From the NCBI GenBank assembly GCA_035319265.1, contig DATHCZ010000003.1:1-63440 (forward strand): DNA of 63,440 bases. The letters are read 5' to 3'. The DNA is from Methyloceanibacter sp. (GTDB lineage Bacteria; Pseudomonadota; Alphaproteobacteria; Rhizobiales; Methyloligellaceae). Made by a program: the position numbers and the translations under genes. The notes beneath the pieces were generated by a model. The model was not told the origin of the DNA and ran no database searches. It saw only the letters and a program-made list of their open reading frames with translations. Position 1 is the stretch's first letter, and the number at the start of each line of letters is the position of its first letter. This document shows positions 1-11,939 of this stretch, piece after piece.

Positions 1-361
1 TCGACGGCGTTATCGAGACGCCGGCCTTCTTGCCGAAGCTCCTAATCAATTGCAGAGAGCGATCGAGATGCGGGCCGGCCTCCGCATGGACCGTAATGAT
101 GTCGGAGCCCGCTTGCGCGAAGGCTTCGATATAGGGGTCGCAGGGCGCGATCATGAGATGCACGTCGAAGATCTTCTTCGAGTGGGGACGAAGAGCTTTT
201 ACGATGTCGGGTCCGATGGTGATGTTGGGCACGAAATGCCCATCCATGACGTCAACATGGATCCAGTCGCAGCCAGCCGCATCGATGGCGCGCACCTCCT
301 CGCCAAGCCGCGCGAAGTCGGCCGAGAGGATCGACGGGGCAATAATGATATCGCGGGCCAT
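1..361 (-). CDS. rpe: Ribulose-phosphate 3-epimerase, 5' part (runs off the left edge)
   Basis: Manual minus-strand translation from ATG at 361: [23 protein letters not shown]...[18 protein letters not shown]...FDVHLMI, the classic Rpe motifs. Not in the ORF track because it is truncated. Confidence 0.95.
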   Translation of the reverse strand, partial: MARDIIIAPSILSADFARLGEEVRAIDAAGCDWIHVDVMDGHFVPNITIGPDIVKALRPHSKKIFDVHLMIAPCDPYIEAFAQAGSDIITVHAEAGPHLDRSLQLIRSFGKKAGVSITPS

Positions 362-421
362 GTCTGACTCTGGTGGAAGCCGATGAGTCGTTTTAGAGCA
401 GAATACCGCTAAATAAGAATT

Positions 422-500
422 GTCATGCCCGGCTTTATGCCGTGCATCCACCTCTTTTCGCAGGGAAATCGTGGATGGCCGGGACATGCCCCGCCATGAC
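422..500. repeat. Alphaproteobacterial REP-like palindromic intergenic element
   Basis: GTCATGCCCGGCTTTATGCCGTGCATCCAC...GTGGATGGCCGGGACATGCCCCGCCATGAC: nested inverted repeats (GTCATG/CATGAC, CATCCAC/GTGGATG) between pgk and rpe. Confidence 0.75.
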
Positions 501-508
501 CGGAGAGG

Positions 509-1786
509 TTAGCGGGTGCTGCGGGCGCCGCTCTGAGCCAGTGCCACCACCCCCGGCAATTTTGCGCCGCCGAGCCATTCGAGAAAGGCGCCCCCCGCGG
601 TCGAGACATAGGTCAAATCGTCGGCAACGCCGACGATGTTGAGCGCTCTCACCGTATCGCCGCCGCCGGCCACGCTCACAAGATTTCCCTCCCTCGTCAG
701 CCGAGCGACCTCCCGGGCGAGCGCGAAGGTCCCCTCACCGAAAGGCGCCGTCTCGAAAGCGCCAAGCGGACCGTTCCACAACACCGTCTTCACCTGGGCG
801 AGGCGGCGCTTCAGCTCGGCGACGCTGCGGGGACCGAAATCAAGGATCATGGCGTCGGCGGGCACTGCCCCGACCGGGCAGACCCGCCAATCAACGCCCG
901 GCTTGAACTCCTTCGCCACGACGACGTCAGTCGGAAGCACGATTTCGCAGCCTGCGCGCTCGGCGCGCGCCACTATGTCCTTGGCGGTCTCGATGAATTC
1001 CGGCTCGACCAATGACGCTCCCGTATCGATTCCCTCGGCGGCAAGGAATGTGTTGGCCATGCCGCCGCCGACCGCGAGTTGGTCCATGCGCGAAACGAGG
1101 TGGGTGAGGACCTCGATCTTGGTCGAGACCTTAGCGCCCCCGACGATGGCCATGACCGGCCGCGCAGGATTCTCCAGCGCTCGGCCGAGCGCCGAGACCT
1201 CGGCCATCAGCAGAAGCCCGGCATAAGCAGGGCGAAGGTGGGCGAGCGCTTCAATCGAGGCGTGCGCCCGATGCGATGAGGAGAAGGCGTCGTTCACATA
1301 GATGTCGCCGAGGTCAGCAAGAGCCTTGGCGAATTCCATATCGTTCTTCTCCTCGCCCTTGTAATAGCGAAGGTTCTCAAGCACGGCGATCTCGCCGGGC
1401 TTAACAGCGGCGACACCGCGCCGCGCCTCCTCGCCAAAGCAATCGCCGATGAAATGAATCGTGGTGCCGGGCATCAGCTCGCGCATCTTCTCAGCAACCG
1501 GCCAGAGCGAGGTGCCGGGGCTCACCACGCCCTCCGGACGGCCGAGATGGGAGAGCACGATCACTTTGGCTCCCGACCGCGCAAGGCTCGCGATGGTCGG
1601 GAGCACGCGCTCGAGCCGGGTCGCGTCGGCGACGACGCCGTTCTCGATCGGCACATTGAAATCGACGCGGACGAGCACGCGCTTGCCCCCGACGTCGACG
1701 CCCTCGATCGTTTTTACGCTCGAGAGGTCGAGGCCTCCGCCTGAAAGGCCCTCCGCCGCATCGGCCGGCGAGGACGCCATGTTCAT
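509..1786 (-). CDS. pgk: Phosphoglycerate kinase
   Basis: Motifs KRVLVRVDFNVP, SHLGRP, LENLRY, YVNDAFSSSHRAHAS, GGAKVSTK, WNGPLG, GGGDT, STAGGAFLE. Start placed at the ATG overlapping the gap stop (ATGA). Confidence 0.97.
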   Translation of the reverse strand: MNMASSPADAAEGLSGGGLDLSSVKTIEGVDVGGKRVLVRVDFNVPIENGVVADATRLERVLPTIASLARSGAKVIVLSHLGRPEGVVSPGTSLWPVAEKMRELMPGTTIHFIGDCFGEEARRGVAAVKPGEIAVLENLRYYKGEEKNDMEFAKALADLGDIYVNDAFSSSHRAHASIEALAHLRPAYAGLLLMAEVSALGRALENPARPVMAIVGGAKVSTKIEVLTHLVSRMDQLAVGGGMANTFLAAEGIDTGASLVEPEFIETAKDIVARAERAGCEIVLPTDVVVAKEFKPGVDWRVCPVGAVPADAMILDFGPRSVAELKRRLAQVKTVLWNGPLGAFETAPFGEGTFALAREVARLTREGNLVSVAGGGDTVRALNIVGVADDLTYVSTAGGAFLEWLGGAKLPGVVALAQSGARSTR

Positions 1787-2793
1787 ATCAGCCGCCCCAT
1801 GGCAGCGGCCGTGTCGTTCATGCGATTGGAGAACCCCCACTCGTTGTCGTACCAGGAGACAACCCGACAAAACGAGCCATCGACGACATGGGTGCTGTTC
1901 AGGTCGACGATCGAGCTCAACGGATCGTGGTTGAAGTCGCTCGACACGAGCGGCTTGCCATTCACGCCGAGAATGCCCTTGAGCGGACCATTGGCGGCTG
2001 CGACCATTGCCTCGTTGATCTCCTGAGCGGTGGTCGGTCGGTTAGCCTGGAAGGTGAGATCGATCAGGCTGACATTCGGCACAGGCACGCGGATCGAGGC
2101 GCCATCAAGCTTGCCCTTGAGCTCGGGCAAAACGAGACCGACCGCCTTGGCGGCGCCGGTCGAGGTCGGGATCAAGTTAACAGCGCTGGCGCGAGCGCGG
2201 TAGGGGTCCTTGTGCAAGGTGTCGACCGTGCGCTGATCGCCGGTATAGGCGTGCACCGTGGTCATGTAGCCGTGCTTGATGCCGACCGCCTCGTTCAGCA
2301 CCTGCGCCACTGGAGCAAGACAGTTCGTGGTGCAGGACGCATTGGAGACGACGTGATGCTCCTGGGTGAGCTTGTCGTCGTTGACACCGAACACGACGGT
2401 GAGGTCGGCGCCGGTGCAAGGTGCAGAGACGAGCACGCGCTTGGCGCCGGCGGCCAGGTGTTTGGCAGCGCCTTCACGGTCGGTGAAGCGGCCGGTGCAT
2501 TCCATGACGATATCGATGCCGAAATCACGCCAAGGAAGCTTCTCGGGGTTCGCCTCCGCCAGCACGGCAACGTCCTGGCCGTTGGTCTTGAGATGACCAT
2601 TGGCCGCGGCGATCCTGCCCCTGAAGCGGCCATGTACGCTGTCGAACTCGAGCAGATGAGCATTCATCTCGGCAGAGCCGAGATCGTTGATCGCCACGAA
2701 GTCGAGATCCTGTCGGCCCGACTCGAGGAAGGCCCTGAAGGTGAGCCTCCCGATCCGGCCAAAGCCATTGATGGCGACGCGCTTATTAGCCAT
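1783..2793 (-). CDS. gap: Type I glyceraldehyde-3-phosphate dehydrogenase
   Basis: INGFGRIGR, SNASCTTNCLAP (catalytic Cys), WYDNEWGFS. Confidence 0.98.
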   Translation of the reverse strand: MANKRVAINGFGRIGRLTFRAFLESGRQDLDFVAINDLGSAEMNAHLLEFDSVHGRFRGRIAAANGHLKTNGQDVAVLAEANPEKLPWRDFGIDIVMECTGRFTDREGAAKHLAAGAKRVLVSAPCTGADLTVVFGVNDDKLTQEHHVVSNASCTTNCLAPVAQVLNEAVGIKHGYMTTVHAYTGDQRTVDTLHKDPYRARASAVNLIPTSTGAAKAVGLVLPELKGKLDGASIRVPVPNVSLIDLTFQANRPTTAQEINEAMVAAANGPLKGILGVNGKPLVSSDFNHDPLSSIVDLNSTHVVDGSFCRVVSWYDNEWGFSNRMNDTAAAMGRLI

Positions 2794-2801
2794 GTCAGTC
2801 C

Positions 2802-4832
<2,031 letters not shown>

Positions 4833-5031
4833 CTCGCAATTTCAAGTTGTTAGGCTGAGCCAAGGACTATCCTGGCGGGCGCCAGGGAGGACGGACTCGA
4901 ATGCTGCCCCGTCTCTATCACACAAACACGCCGCATGGAGGAATGGCTGTGCAAATGTGAAAATGCCGGCCAATGATTCCGGGCGGATCGTTTGCGGCCT
5001 CGCCTCCCGGAGGCCGCGAACGTCGATCACG

Positions 5032-5460
5032 ATGGCGAGGCTGCTCATTCGGGTGACGGTGAGAAGAATCTTGGCGACCGTCTTAGCGCCCCTCTTAGTG
5101 GTGGCTTGTGCCATCACGCCGCGTACCGGGCGCCCGGCCGACACCTGGCTATCAAAGGGTGGACTGCAGCAAACGGTGAATTGCGTTCTCGCCCAGCTCA
5201 ACGACAGCATGGCGAAGGGACGTCCTCCCAACTTTACCCATTCGGTCAGGATCGTTACGCCCGGCAAGGTTGAGGAGATCGTCCCGCAGCAAATCCCGGC
5301 GGGGAGCGCCGAACTCTATGTCATCCGCTTCGTCGCCAACGACGACGGAAACATCGAGGTTACGGTTTTCAGCACACTCGACGGCCTCGACAAGCGCGTG
5401 CAGAACGCCATAGATCCGTGCAAGAAGGGCAATCTGGCCACCAAGGCCGCCGCTCAATAA
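5032..5460 (+). CDS. Hypothetical lipoprotein
   Basis: MARLLIRVTVRRILATVLAPLLVVAC: basic N-terminus, hydrophobic stretch and lipobox-like VVAC. Fills the tkt-prk gap; stop overlaps the prk stop. Start uncertain. Confidence 0.6.
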   Translation: MARLLIRVTVRRILATVLAPLLVVACAITPRTGRPADTWLSKGGLQQTVNCVLAQLNDSMAKGRPPNFTHSVRIVTPGKVEEIVPQQIPAGSAELYVIRFVANDDGNIEVTVFSTLDGLDKRVQNAIDPCKKGNLATKAAAQ

Positions 5461-6386
5461 ACACGTGCGGCCATTGCCGCCTTGACCGCGTGGTAGCCGA
5501 CGAGAAGCTGGCTCAAGGTCAGCGGGTGGCTCTTGCGGGCACCATTGGCGACGTCGATCTGACCCACCTGGTCGCGCAGGTGTCCCGCCTCCGGGATGAG
5601 GTTCCACAACAGATCCTCGATCCGCTCGGCCCTTTGGTCGGAGATATTGCCGTTGATCTCCAGGACGTCGACGGGCTTGCCGTCCTTGTCGCGGGCAAGC
5701 TCGAGATGCAGCCCGGCATTGCTCGATCCGTCGAGAAGCGGAGTGAAATCAGGATGGGGCAAGGTCGGGCGCAGGATGTGGCGCACGTCGAGATGGGTGT
5801 TGTCGGAGCCGTTAGCGCCCGTGGGTTTCTGGAAGCGAATGACGATGTCGGCGAAGGTGCGCTGAGTATGGATGAAGGCCTGGCTCGGCGACTCCCTGCG
5901 CTGGAGCTGCGACATCACTTCATCAAGCGTATAACCGCGCCTGGTGGTGTCGCGATGGATCTTCCACTTCACCCTAAGTTCTTCTTCAGGATCGAGATAG
6001 ATCTTCACGTCGTAGCAATCGCGCATCGCGCGCGTCGCATAGCCGAGCAGGCCCTCGGCGATGACGAATTCCTTGGGCTTGACGTATTCCGGAGATTCAA
6101 GCGTGCCATCGCGATGGTCGTAGACGGGCTTCAGGATCGGTTCTCCGCTCCTGAGCAGGCGCAAATGCTGCTCGAGAATGTCGACATGGTTGGCGCGTGG
6201 ATCGAGCGCCGACAGCCCGGCGGCGGCGCGTTGCGCTCGGCTGTAGCGGTGATAGTCGTCAGTGCAGATCACCGTGCAGTGCTTGGCACCCAGAATCTGG
6301 GCGACGCCGGCCGAGAGCGTCGTCTTGCCCGACGCAGAATCGCCGACGATGCCGAGGATGATCGGATGATCAACCCGTTTCGACAT
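5454..6386 (-). CDS. prk: Phosphoribulokinase (cyanobacterial/plant-like PRK/uridine-kinase family)
   Basis: P-loop GDSASGKTT, DDYHRYSR, ALDPRAN, KPVYDH, EGL, WKIHRD..RG; GGAG RBS; context of tkt, gap, pgk, rpe and glpX. Confidence 0.88.
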   Translation of the reverse strand: MSKRVDHPIILGIVGDSASGKTTLSAGVAQILGAKHCTVICTDDYHRYSRAQRAAAGLSALDPRANHVDILEQHLRLLRSGEPILKPVYDHRDGTLESPEYVKPKEFVIAEGLLGYATRAMRDCYDVKIYLDPEEELRVKWKIHRDTTRRGYTLDEVMSQLQRRESPSQAFIHTQRTFADIVIRFQKPTGANGSDNTHLDVRHILRPTLPHPDFTPLLDGSSNAGLHLELARDKDGKPVDVLEINGNISDQRAERIEDLLWNLIPEAGHLRDQVGQIDVANGARKSHPLTLSQLLVGYHAVKAAMAARVY

Positions 6387-6423
6387 AGATTACTCCAGAC
6401 ACCATTTCCTCTCCTCGCCGGCT

Positions 6424-7419
6424 TTACGCCACGTCGCGCGCCGCGACGGCCGCAAGCCGATCGTTCGGGATGAAGCTCGTCATGATCTGACGTTCGCCAG
6501 TCGATCCCGTTATCATCAATGTCTGCACTTTGTAATGGGTCTTCGAACGCTCCACGCCCTCGAGCATCAAGCCGGTGGTGATCCCGGTGGCGCAGAAAAA
6601 CACCTTGTCAGAGGCGATGATCTCGTCGCGATCGTACCATTTCGAGGTATCGATCCCCGCCTCCTTGACTGCCCTCGCCTCGGTCTGCAGCTGAGGGTCG
6701 AGGCGCCCCAGGAACTCGCCCCCAATCGCCCTGATGGCGCATGCCGACATAACGCCTTCCGGTGTGCCGCCGGTTCCCATCAAGGCATCGATGCCGGAGC
6801 CGGGAATGGCGGCCATCAGCGCGCCGGCGACGTCGCCGGCGGGGTAGAGGGCAACGCGTGCGCCGGCCTCCAGGATGGCATTGACGAGGTCGCGGTGGCG
6901 GGGCTTTTCCAGCACGAACACGGTAAGATCCGAGATGTCCTTCCCGAGTGCCTCGGCGAGGATCGCGAGCTTTTTCGCCGGAGGCCAGTGCGGATCGATG
7001 CGCCCGCGCGCAGGCGGGCTCGCCACGAACTTCTCCATGTAGAAGGCCGGCCCCGGATTCATCATGGCGCCACGCGGAGCGACGGCAAGCACGGCGAGCG
7101 CGTTGGTAAGGCCGCGCACGAGATAGCTCGTGCCCTCGACCGGATCGAGGGCGATGTCGGCCTTGAAGGAGGAAACCGGGCGGCCGAGGCGCTCGCCGCG
7201 CTGCGGCTGCGACCCCTCGCTCTTGGTCGCCTCGCCGATTACTACCACGGCGTCGATATCGATCTCGGCGAGAGCGCTGCGCATGGCATCAAGTCCGGCG
7301 CGGGCTCCCTCGGCGCCCTCTCCTCTTCCAATCCAGTTGAAAGCGGCGCAGGCAGCGCGCTCGGTGACGAGGCGGAGGGAAAAGACGAGCGCCGGATTGA
7401 CCGGACCCGAGGGCTCCAT
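6424..7419 (-). CDS. glpX: Class II fructose-1,6-/sedoheptulose-1,7-bisphosphatase (GlpX family)
   Basis: VTERAA, VIGE, DPVEGT, YMEK, KPRH, GDV, GTGGTPEGV, FCATGITTG. AAGGAG RBS before ATG 7419. N-terminal acidic motifs are divergent. Confidence 0.88.
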   Translation of the reverse strand: MEPSGPVNPALVFSLRLVTERAACAAFNWIGRGEGAEGARAGLDAMRSALAEIDIDAVVVIGEATKSEGSQPQRGERLGRPVSSFKADIALDPVEGTSYLVRGLTNALAVLAVAPRGAMMNPGPAFYMEKFVASPPARGRIDPHWPPAKKLAILAEALGKDISDLTVFVLEKPRHRDLVNAILEAGARVALYPAGDVAGALMAAIPGSGIDALMGTGGTPEGVMSACAIRAIGGEFLGRLDPQLQTEARAVKEAGIDTSKWYDRDEIIASDKVFFCATGITTGLMLEGVERSKTHYKVQTLMITGSTGERQIMTSFIPNDRLAAVAARDVA

Positions 7420-7552
7420 AACGGCTCCTTGAACCCGTCCCCGCTTTGGGGGGTCCAAACCACGCGCCTCGTCTTACCGACGAGACCAACTCGCGCACTC
7501 TAACTTATGGTTCTCGCGCAATCCATCTGGCAAAAGGCTGCCGGCGGCAAGC

Positions 7553-8473
7553 TCATCGTCCCTTTAGCCGCGGATCGAGCGCGTCGCGCAAGGCGTCGCC
7601 CAAAACGTTGACCGAGACGAGCAGCACGATCAGAACCAGCCCGGGAATCACGGTGACCCACCAGGCGCCGGCGAAGATGAGGTCGTAGCCCGAGCGGATG
7701 AGCGTGCCGAGGGAAGGTTTGGTCACCGGCATACCGAGGCCGAGAAAGGAAAGCGCGGCCTCGGCCATGACGGCGCCGGCGACCTGCGTGGTCGCGACCA
7801 CGATGAGCGGCGAGAGGATGTTCGGCAGGATGTGGCGCCAGACGATGCCGAAGCTGCTGCCACCCAATGCCCTCCCCGCGCGCACATAATCCTTGGTTGC
7901 CTCGACTTGCGTCGATGCGCGCGCCGTGCGGGCGAAATAGGGCCATTCGGCAAGGCCGATGACCACCACCAGAAGCGGCACGGCGTAGTGACTTAACGCA
8001 TCGCCGCCGAGGCCGGCGCGAAACAGAGCGAGCGCGATAATCGCCATCATCAGAGTCGACAGCGAGAGCTGGATGTCGGCAAACCGTGTCACGAGGCTGT
8101 CGATGCCGCCGCCGCGATAGCCGGCAAGCAGCCCGAGCGGAACCCCAATGGCAGCCTGGATGGCGACGGCGAGCACGCCGACGGTGAGCGAGATGCGTGT
8201 GCCATAGAGGATCGCGCTCAGGAGGTCGCGCCCTTGCGCGTCAGTGCCGAGCAGGAAGCGCGGATCGCTTCCCTCGCGCCACCAGGGCGGAAGCTCGGCA
8301 TCGAGCACATCGAGGCTCGAAAGATCGAACGGATTATACGGGGCGATGAGGGGCGCCAGCGCCGCGGCAAGCGCGATTGCCCCAAGCAGGATCGCGGCAA
8401 GGCACGCGCCGGAATTCTCGATAGCAAAGCCGAGCACTCCGCGCGCGGCGTATGGAGCGGCCTCACCTTTCAT
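7553..8473 (-). CDS. dppC: Dipeptide/oligopeptide-type ABC transporter permease (DppC-like)
   Basis: LGTDAQGRDLLS, EAA loop DYVRAGRALG, RHILPN, EAALSFLGLG; ATGA overlap with the upstream permease. Confidence 0.88.
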   Translation of the reverse strand: MKGEAAPYAARGVLGFAIENSGACLAAILLGAIALAAALAPLIAPYNPFDLSSLDVLDAELPPWWREGSDPRFLLGTDAQGRDLLSAILYGTRISLTVGVLAVAIQAAIGVPLGLLAGYRGGGIDSLVTRFADIQLSLSTLMMAIIALALFRAGLGGDALSHYAVPLLVVVIGLAEWPYFARTARASTQVEATKDYVRAGRALGGSSFGIVWRHILPNILSPLIVVATTQVAGAVMAEAALSFLGLGMPVTKPSLGTLIRSGYDLIFAGAWWVTVIPGLVLIVLLVSVNVLGDALRDALDPRLKGR

Positions 8474-9471
8474 CGCGTGCCCTCGAGACTGATGCGGGGG
8501 TCGAGCATGAGGCTCGCGATGTCGACCAGGGTGTTGACGAAGACGAAAAGGAATCCGACGGCGACAAGATAGGTGGTGATAAGCGGGATGTCGGAGCGCG
8601 TCACGGCTTCGAGAAAAAGAAAGCCCATTCCCGGCCATTGAAATACCGTCTCAGTGAGCAGCGTATAGGCGACGAGCGTTCCGACCTGAAGGCCGCCCAC
8701 CGAGACGAGCGGGATCAACGCGTTGCGGAGCGCATGGCGGAGCCATACGCGAAGCGGCCGCGCCCCCTTGGCGCGGGCGGTGCGCACATAATCGTGGCCG
8801 AGCTCATCGAGCATGGCGCCGCGCACAAGCCTGATGAAGAGCGGCAACATGATGGAGGACAGCGTGAGCGCCGGCAGGACGAGATGCTTAAGCCCGTCGA
8901 GCGTAAGGAGACTAGTCTCCCAAAACCCCAGCTGCACCGTTTGACCCCGGCCGAAGGCAGGGAGCCAGCCGAGCCACACCGAGAAGATGGTGATGAGGAA
9001 GATACCGGTGAGAAAGACGGGGACCGAGATGCCGAGCACGCTCAGTCCCAAAATCAGCCGCGCGCCGATCGCGCGTGGGCGAACCGCGCAATAGATCCCG
9101 ATCGGAAGCGATAGGAGGAGCACGATCAGGCTTGCGCCGAGCACGAGCTCGAAGCTCGCCGGAAATTTGGCAAGAATGACTTGGAGCGTGGGACGCTTAT
9201 AGATTAACGATGTGCCGAGATCGCCATGCACGGCACCGCTGAGATAGCTCGCAAGTTGCACAGGCCAGGGCCGGTCGAGACCAAGCTTATGGCGAAGGGT
9301 CTCGCGCTCGACTTCCGGCACGGCCTCGCCGACGATCTCGCGCAACGGATCGCCGAGAGCAGAGCGTACGGCGAAGGCGATGATCAAGATCGCCAGCATG
9401 ACGAGCAGGGCCTGGGCGAGGCGGTGCGCGATGAAGGCGAGCGCCCCGGCAAGCGCTTTGATGGAAATCAT
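8470..9471 (-). CDS. dppB: Dipeptide/oligopeptide-type ABC transporter permease (DppB-like)
   Basis: LGLDRP, GDLGTS, DYVRTARAKG, HALRNALIP, TETVFQWPGMG, LDPRI. Confidence 0.9.
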   Translation of the reverse strand: MISIKALAGALAFIAHRLAQALLVMLAILIIAFAVRSALGDPLREIVGEAVPEVERETLRHKLGLDRPWPVQLASYLSGAVHGDLGTSLIYKRPTLQVILAKFPASFELVLGASLIVLLLSLPIGIYCAVRPRAIGARLILGLSVLGISVPVFLTGIFLITIFSVWLGWLPAFGRGQTVQLGFWETSLLTLDGLKHLVLPALTLSSIMLPLFIRLVRGAMLDELGHDYVRTARAKGARPLRVWLRHALRNALIPLVSVGGLQVGTLVAYTLLTETVFQWPGMGFLFLEAVTRSDIPLITTYLVAVGFLFVFVNTLVDIASLMLDPRISLEGTR

Positions 9472-9585
9472 GGGATCAGCGGCGAACCAATAATCATGGC
9501 ACAGCCCCAGCTTTGGCCGCGCCAGCATAGTCCAAATTCGTATGTGGAAGTGTGAGATCCCCGGGCAGTGCGCGGTGCCGGCGCG

Positions 9586-11025
9586 CTACGGCTTGGGCTC
9601 GGGCTTAGACTCGGCTTCGGGTTTGCAGACGCGATTGTCCAGGCTCGCGTTCGCCTCGCTGAAATCAAGAGCGGCGGTGAGGTCCTTAGAGTTCTTGTCG
9701 CGCTTCCCCAACGAATCGAGCCCGTATCGATTCTCAATCAGCTTCAGGATCGCGGTCGTATCGTAGGTGGTGTGGTCGATGAAACCCTTCTTGGCGTAGG
9801 GCGAGATGATGACCGTGGGCACGCGCACGCCGGGACCCCAGCGATCAATGTGTGGCGGGGGGACATGGTCCCAATAACCCCCGTTCTCGTCGAAGGTCAC
9901 GATGACGATCGATTTCGACCAATATTGGCTCTTTTCGATCTTGCACAGAAGCTCACCAACATGCTGATCGCCCTCAAGCACGTTGGCATAGCCCGGGTGC
10001 TCGTTTTGCCTCCCGAAGGGCTTGTAGAAGACGACCTGCGGGAAGTCGGCGAGCCCATCGAGCGCCTGCAAGAGCTCCTCCTCATCTTTCAGATGCTCGC
10101 GACGGCCATCTGAGTCTTTGCGATAGTTCTCGAAATAGGCGAAGGGCTGATGGTGAGTTTGAAAGTTTTCATCCAGACGGTCGGCCTTGAGTGCATCATT
10201 CCATCCGCCTGCATACCAAGCCCAGGTGACCTTGGGTTTCGCGTCGTTGAGCTCGTCGCCGATCGTCTTCATTGTTTGCAAAGGCAGCCTCGGACCCCCC
10301 TTCCTCTGAGGCGGATCGAACGGCTCCAAGGTGTTCACCGCATATCCATCAGGCGTGACCTGGTCGGGTAGTCCGCGAAGAGGGCCGGTGACATCGGAGC
10401 CTATGGTCAGGGTGTCCGGCGCATTCTCGTATCGAGGCGTGCACGCGCAGATCATCCAGAAATGATTGAGGAACGAACCGCCGAAGGCCGCATGGAAGAA
10501 ATGATCGGCGAGCGTGTAGTGTTCGGCGTATTCCCAGAGTTTGGTCTTGCTGCCGTCATAGAAGCCCATGACGAGTGCCCCCATGTTGGAATAGGCAACA
10601 AACTTGTCCATGAGGCCGCCGTCGATCTGCGCTTGCTGGTGATAAAAGCGATGGATCGGATCTCCCGTGTTGTCGCCAATCGGAACGTAGGCATCGATGC
10701 TGAAAGGTTGGTTCGGCAGATCGTCGGGAAAGCGGAGATCGATGCGGAATTGGTTGACGTTTCGCTCGTCGCGGAAGTCTTGCATGGCGCGTGGCAGGAA
10801 GTCATAGGGGCGGCCATTCTTGTCGACCTGGACCTTGGTGGCGCCGGCCGCTGCAAGGCCGTCGGCGTTCGGAAAGAGTCCGAACAGATTGTCGAAGCTG
10901 TGGTTCTCGAGATAGATGACGATGATGTGCTCGACGTCGCTCAGTTGGGCGGCGGAGCACTGACCGGACAAGGTGCCGACTGAGGCGCAAAATAGTAGCG
11001 TTGCGAGCGCAAGGCGGCGAAACAT
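9586..11025 (-). CDS. acpA: Secreted acid phosphatase AcpA / phospholipase C-like phosphoesterase
   Basis: Signal peptide; IYLENHSFDNLFG, FGGSFLNH, HHQPF, NEHPG, TFDENGGYWDHV, WGPGVRVP. Confidence 0.85.
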   Translation of the reverse strand: MFRRLALATLLFCASVGTLSGQCSAAQLSDVEHIIVIYLENHSFDNLFGLFPNADGLAAAGATKVQVDKNGRPYDFLPRAMQDFRDERNVNQFRIDLRFPDDLPNQPFSIDAYVPIGDNTGDPIHRFYHQQAQIDGGLMDKFVAYSNMGALVMGFYDGSKTKLWEYAEHYTLADHFFHAAFGGSFLNHFWMICACTPRYENAPDTLTIGSDVTGPLRGLPDQVTPDGYAVNTLEPFDPPQRKGGPRLPLQTMKTIGDELNDAKPKVTWAWYAGGWNDALKADRLDENFQTHHQPFAYFENYRKDSDGRREHLKDEEELLQALDGLADFPQVVFYKPFGRQNEHPGYANVLEGDQHVGELLCKIEKSQYWSKSIVIVTFDENGGYWDHVPPPHIDRWGPGVRVPTVIISPYAKKGFIDHTTYDTTAILKLIENRYGLDSLGKRDKNSKDLTAALDFSEANASLDNRVCKPEAESKPEPKP

Positions 11026-11151
11026 CGGGGCCCCGTCCTTACCTTATTCAAGAACGCCCAGGTCATCGCCTGGCGCGCACAACGGCAAGTAAGCCGTAGC
11101 TCGGTGACAGTTCAATGAAGTTCGGTCGTGACCCGATGCCCAGTGCTGAGC

Positions 11152-11784
11152 TTATCGTTTTGGCCGGGAGAGACCATAGGCAACGCTCGCGGCAATGGCG
11201 GCCTGCCAGGGGACAAACAGCAATACGACCAAATCCGCCAAGGCCGCGGGGTAGAGCAGAAGGCCGAACACTGTGCCCATGACGACGGTCAGGCCCCAGG
11301 CCTGTGGGCGCCTGACGGATTCGGCAGGGACACCAGCCCCGAAGGCGGTGAGGCCCGCGCCGACTGCTCCTCCGAACAGCCCAGCCAAGATCCATCCAAC
11401 CGTCTCCCGGCTTGCCTTGGCGCCTTGCACCGTGCCGAACAGCTCGGACCCGACCACCGCTTGCATCACGTCGTTCGCCGTGTTGACCGCCGCGAGCCAG
11501 CCCATCAGCGTCAGGGCCATGGCGAGGAGGCATTTGCCGGGATCGCGCTTGGCCCACAGCCAGAGTATGACCGCCATTCCGGCCCCAAAAGCGATACCTG
11601 CGTGGAGCGGAATTCTCTCGGCGTTGATCAGTACGTCGGGGTCTTCCAATCTGAGATCGGGCAACGGCGATGGCAGGCTTGAGATCAGCCCGGTCACGAC
11701 GCCAACGCCGGCAGCGGTCGCGACGGCGCGAGGCCATGGCGGCGGCCTCGGTAAAATGTCCACCCTGAGGACCTCCCACTTCAT
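11152..11784 (-). CDS. Hypothetical multi-pass membrane protein
   Basis: 210 aa with several Gly/Ala-rich hydrophobic segments; co-oriented with its neighbours. Confidence 0.7.
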   Translation of the reverse strand: MKWEVLRVDILPRPPPWPRAVATAAGVGVVTGLISSLPSPLPDLRLEDPDVLINAERIPLHAGIAFGAGMAVILWLWAKRDPGKCLLAMALTLMGWLAAVNTANDVMQAVVGSELFGTVQGAKASRETVGWILAGLFGGAVGAGLTAFGAGVPAESVRRPQAWGLTVVMGTVFGLLLYPAALADLVVLLFVPWQAAIAASVAYGLSRPKR

Positions 11785-11939
11785 GGCCGATAGCGGGCAA
11801 ATCCGAACGTGCTTCCGCCCCCTGGAAAGCCGCTGACGGGTGCCGTCAGCCGAACGCCACTATAGCTCGCCCCACGGGGCCTGACCAACGCGCTAATGCT
11901 CCCAGACGCGGCCGCGCCACCCAATCCGCCGCGGCGGTA

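Noticed and set aside
11832-11850. Hairpin GCTGACGG-GTG-CCGTCAGC as a terminator
   Set aside because: No convincing U-tract directly follows on either strand, so a function cannot be supported.
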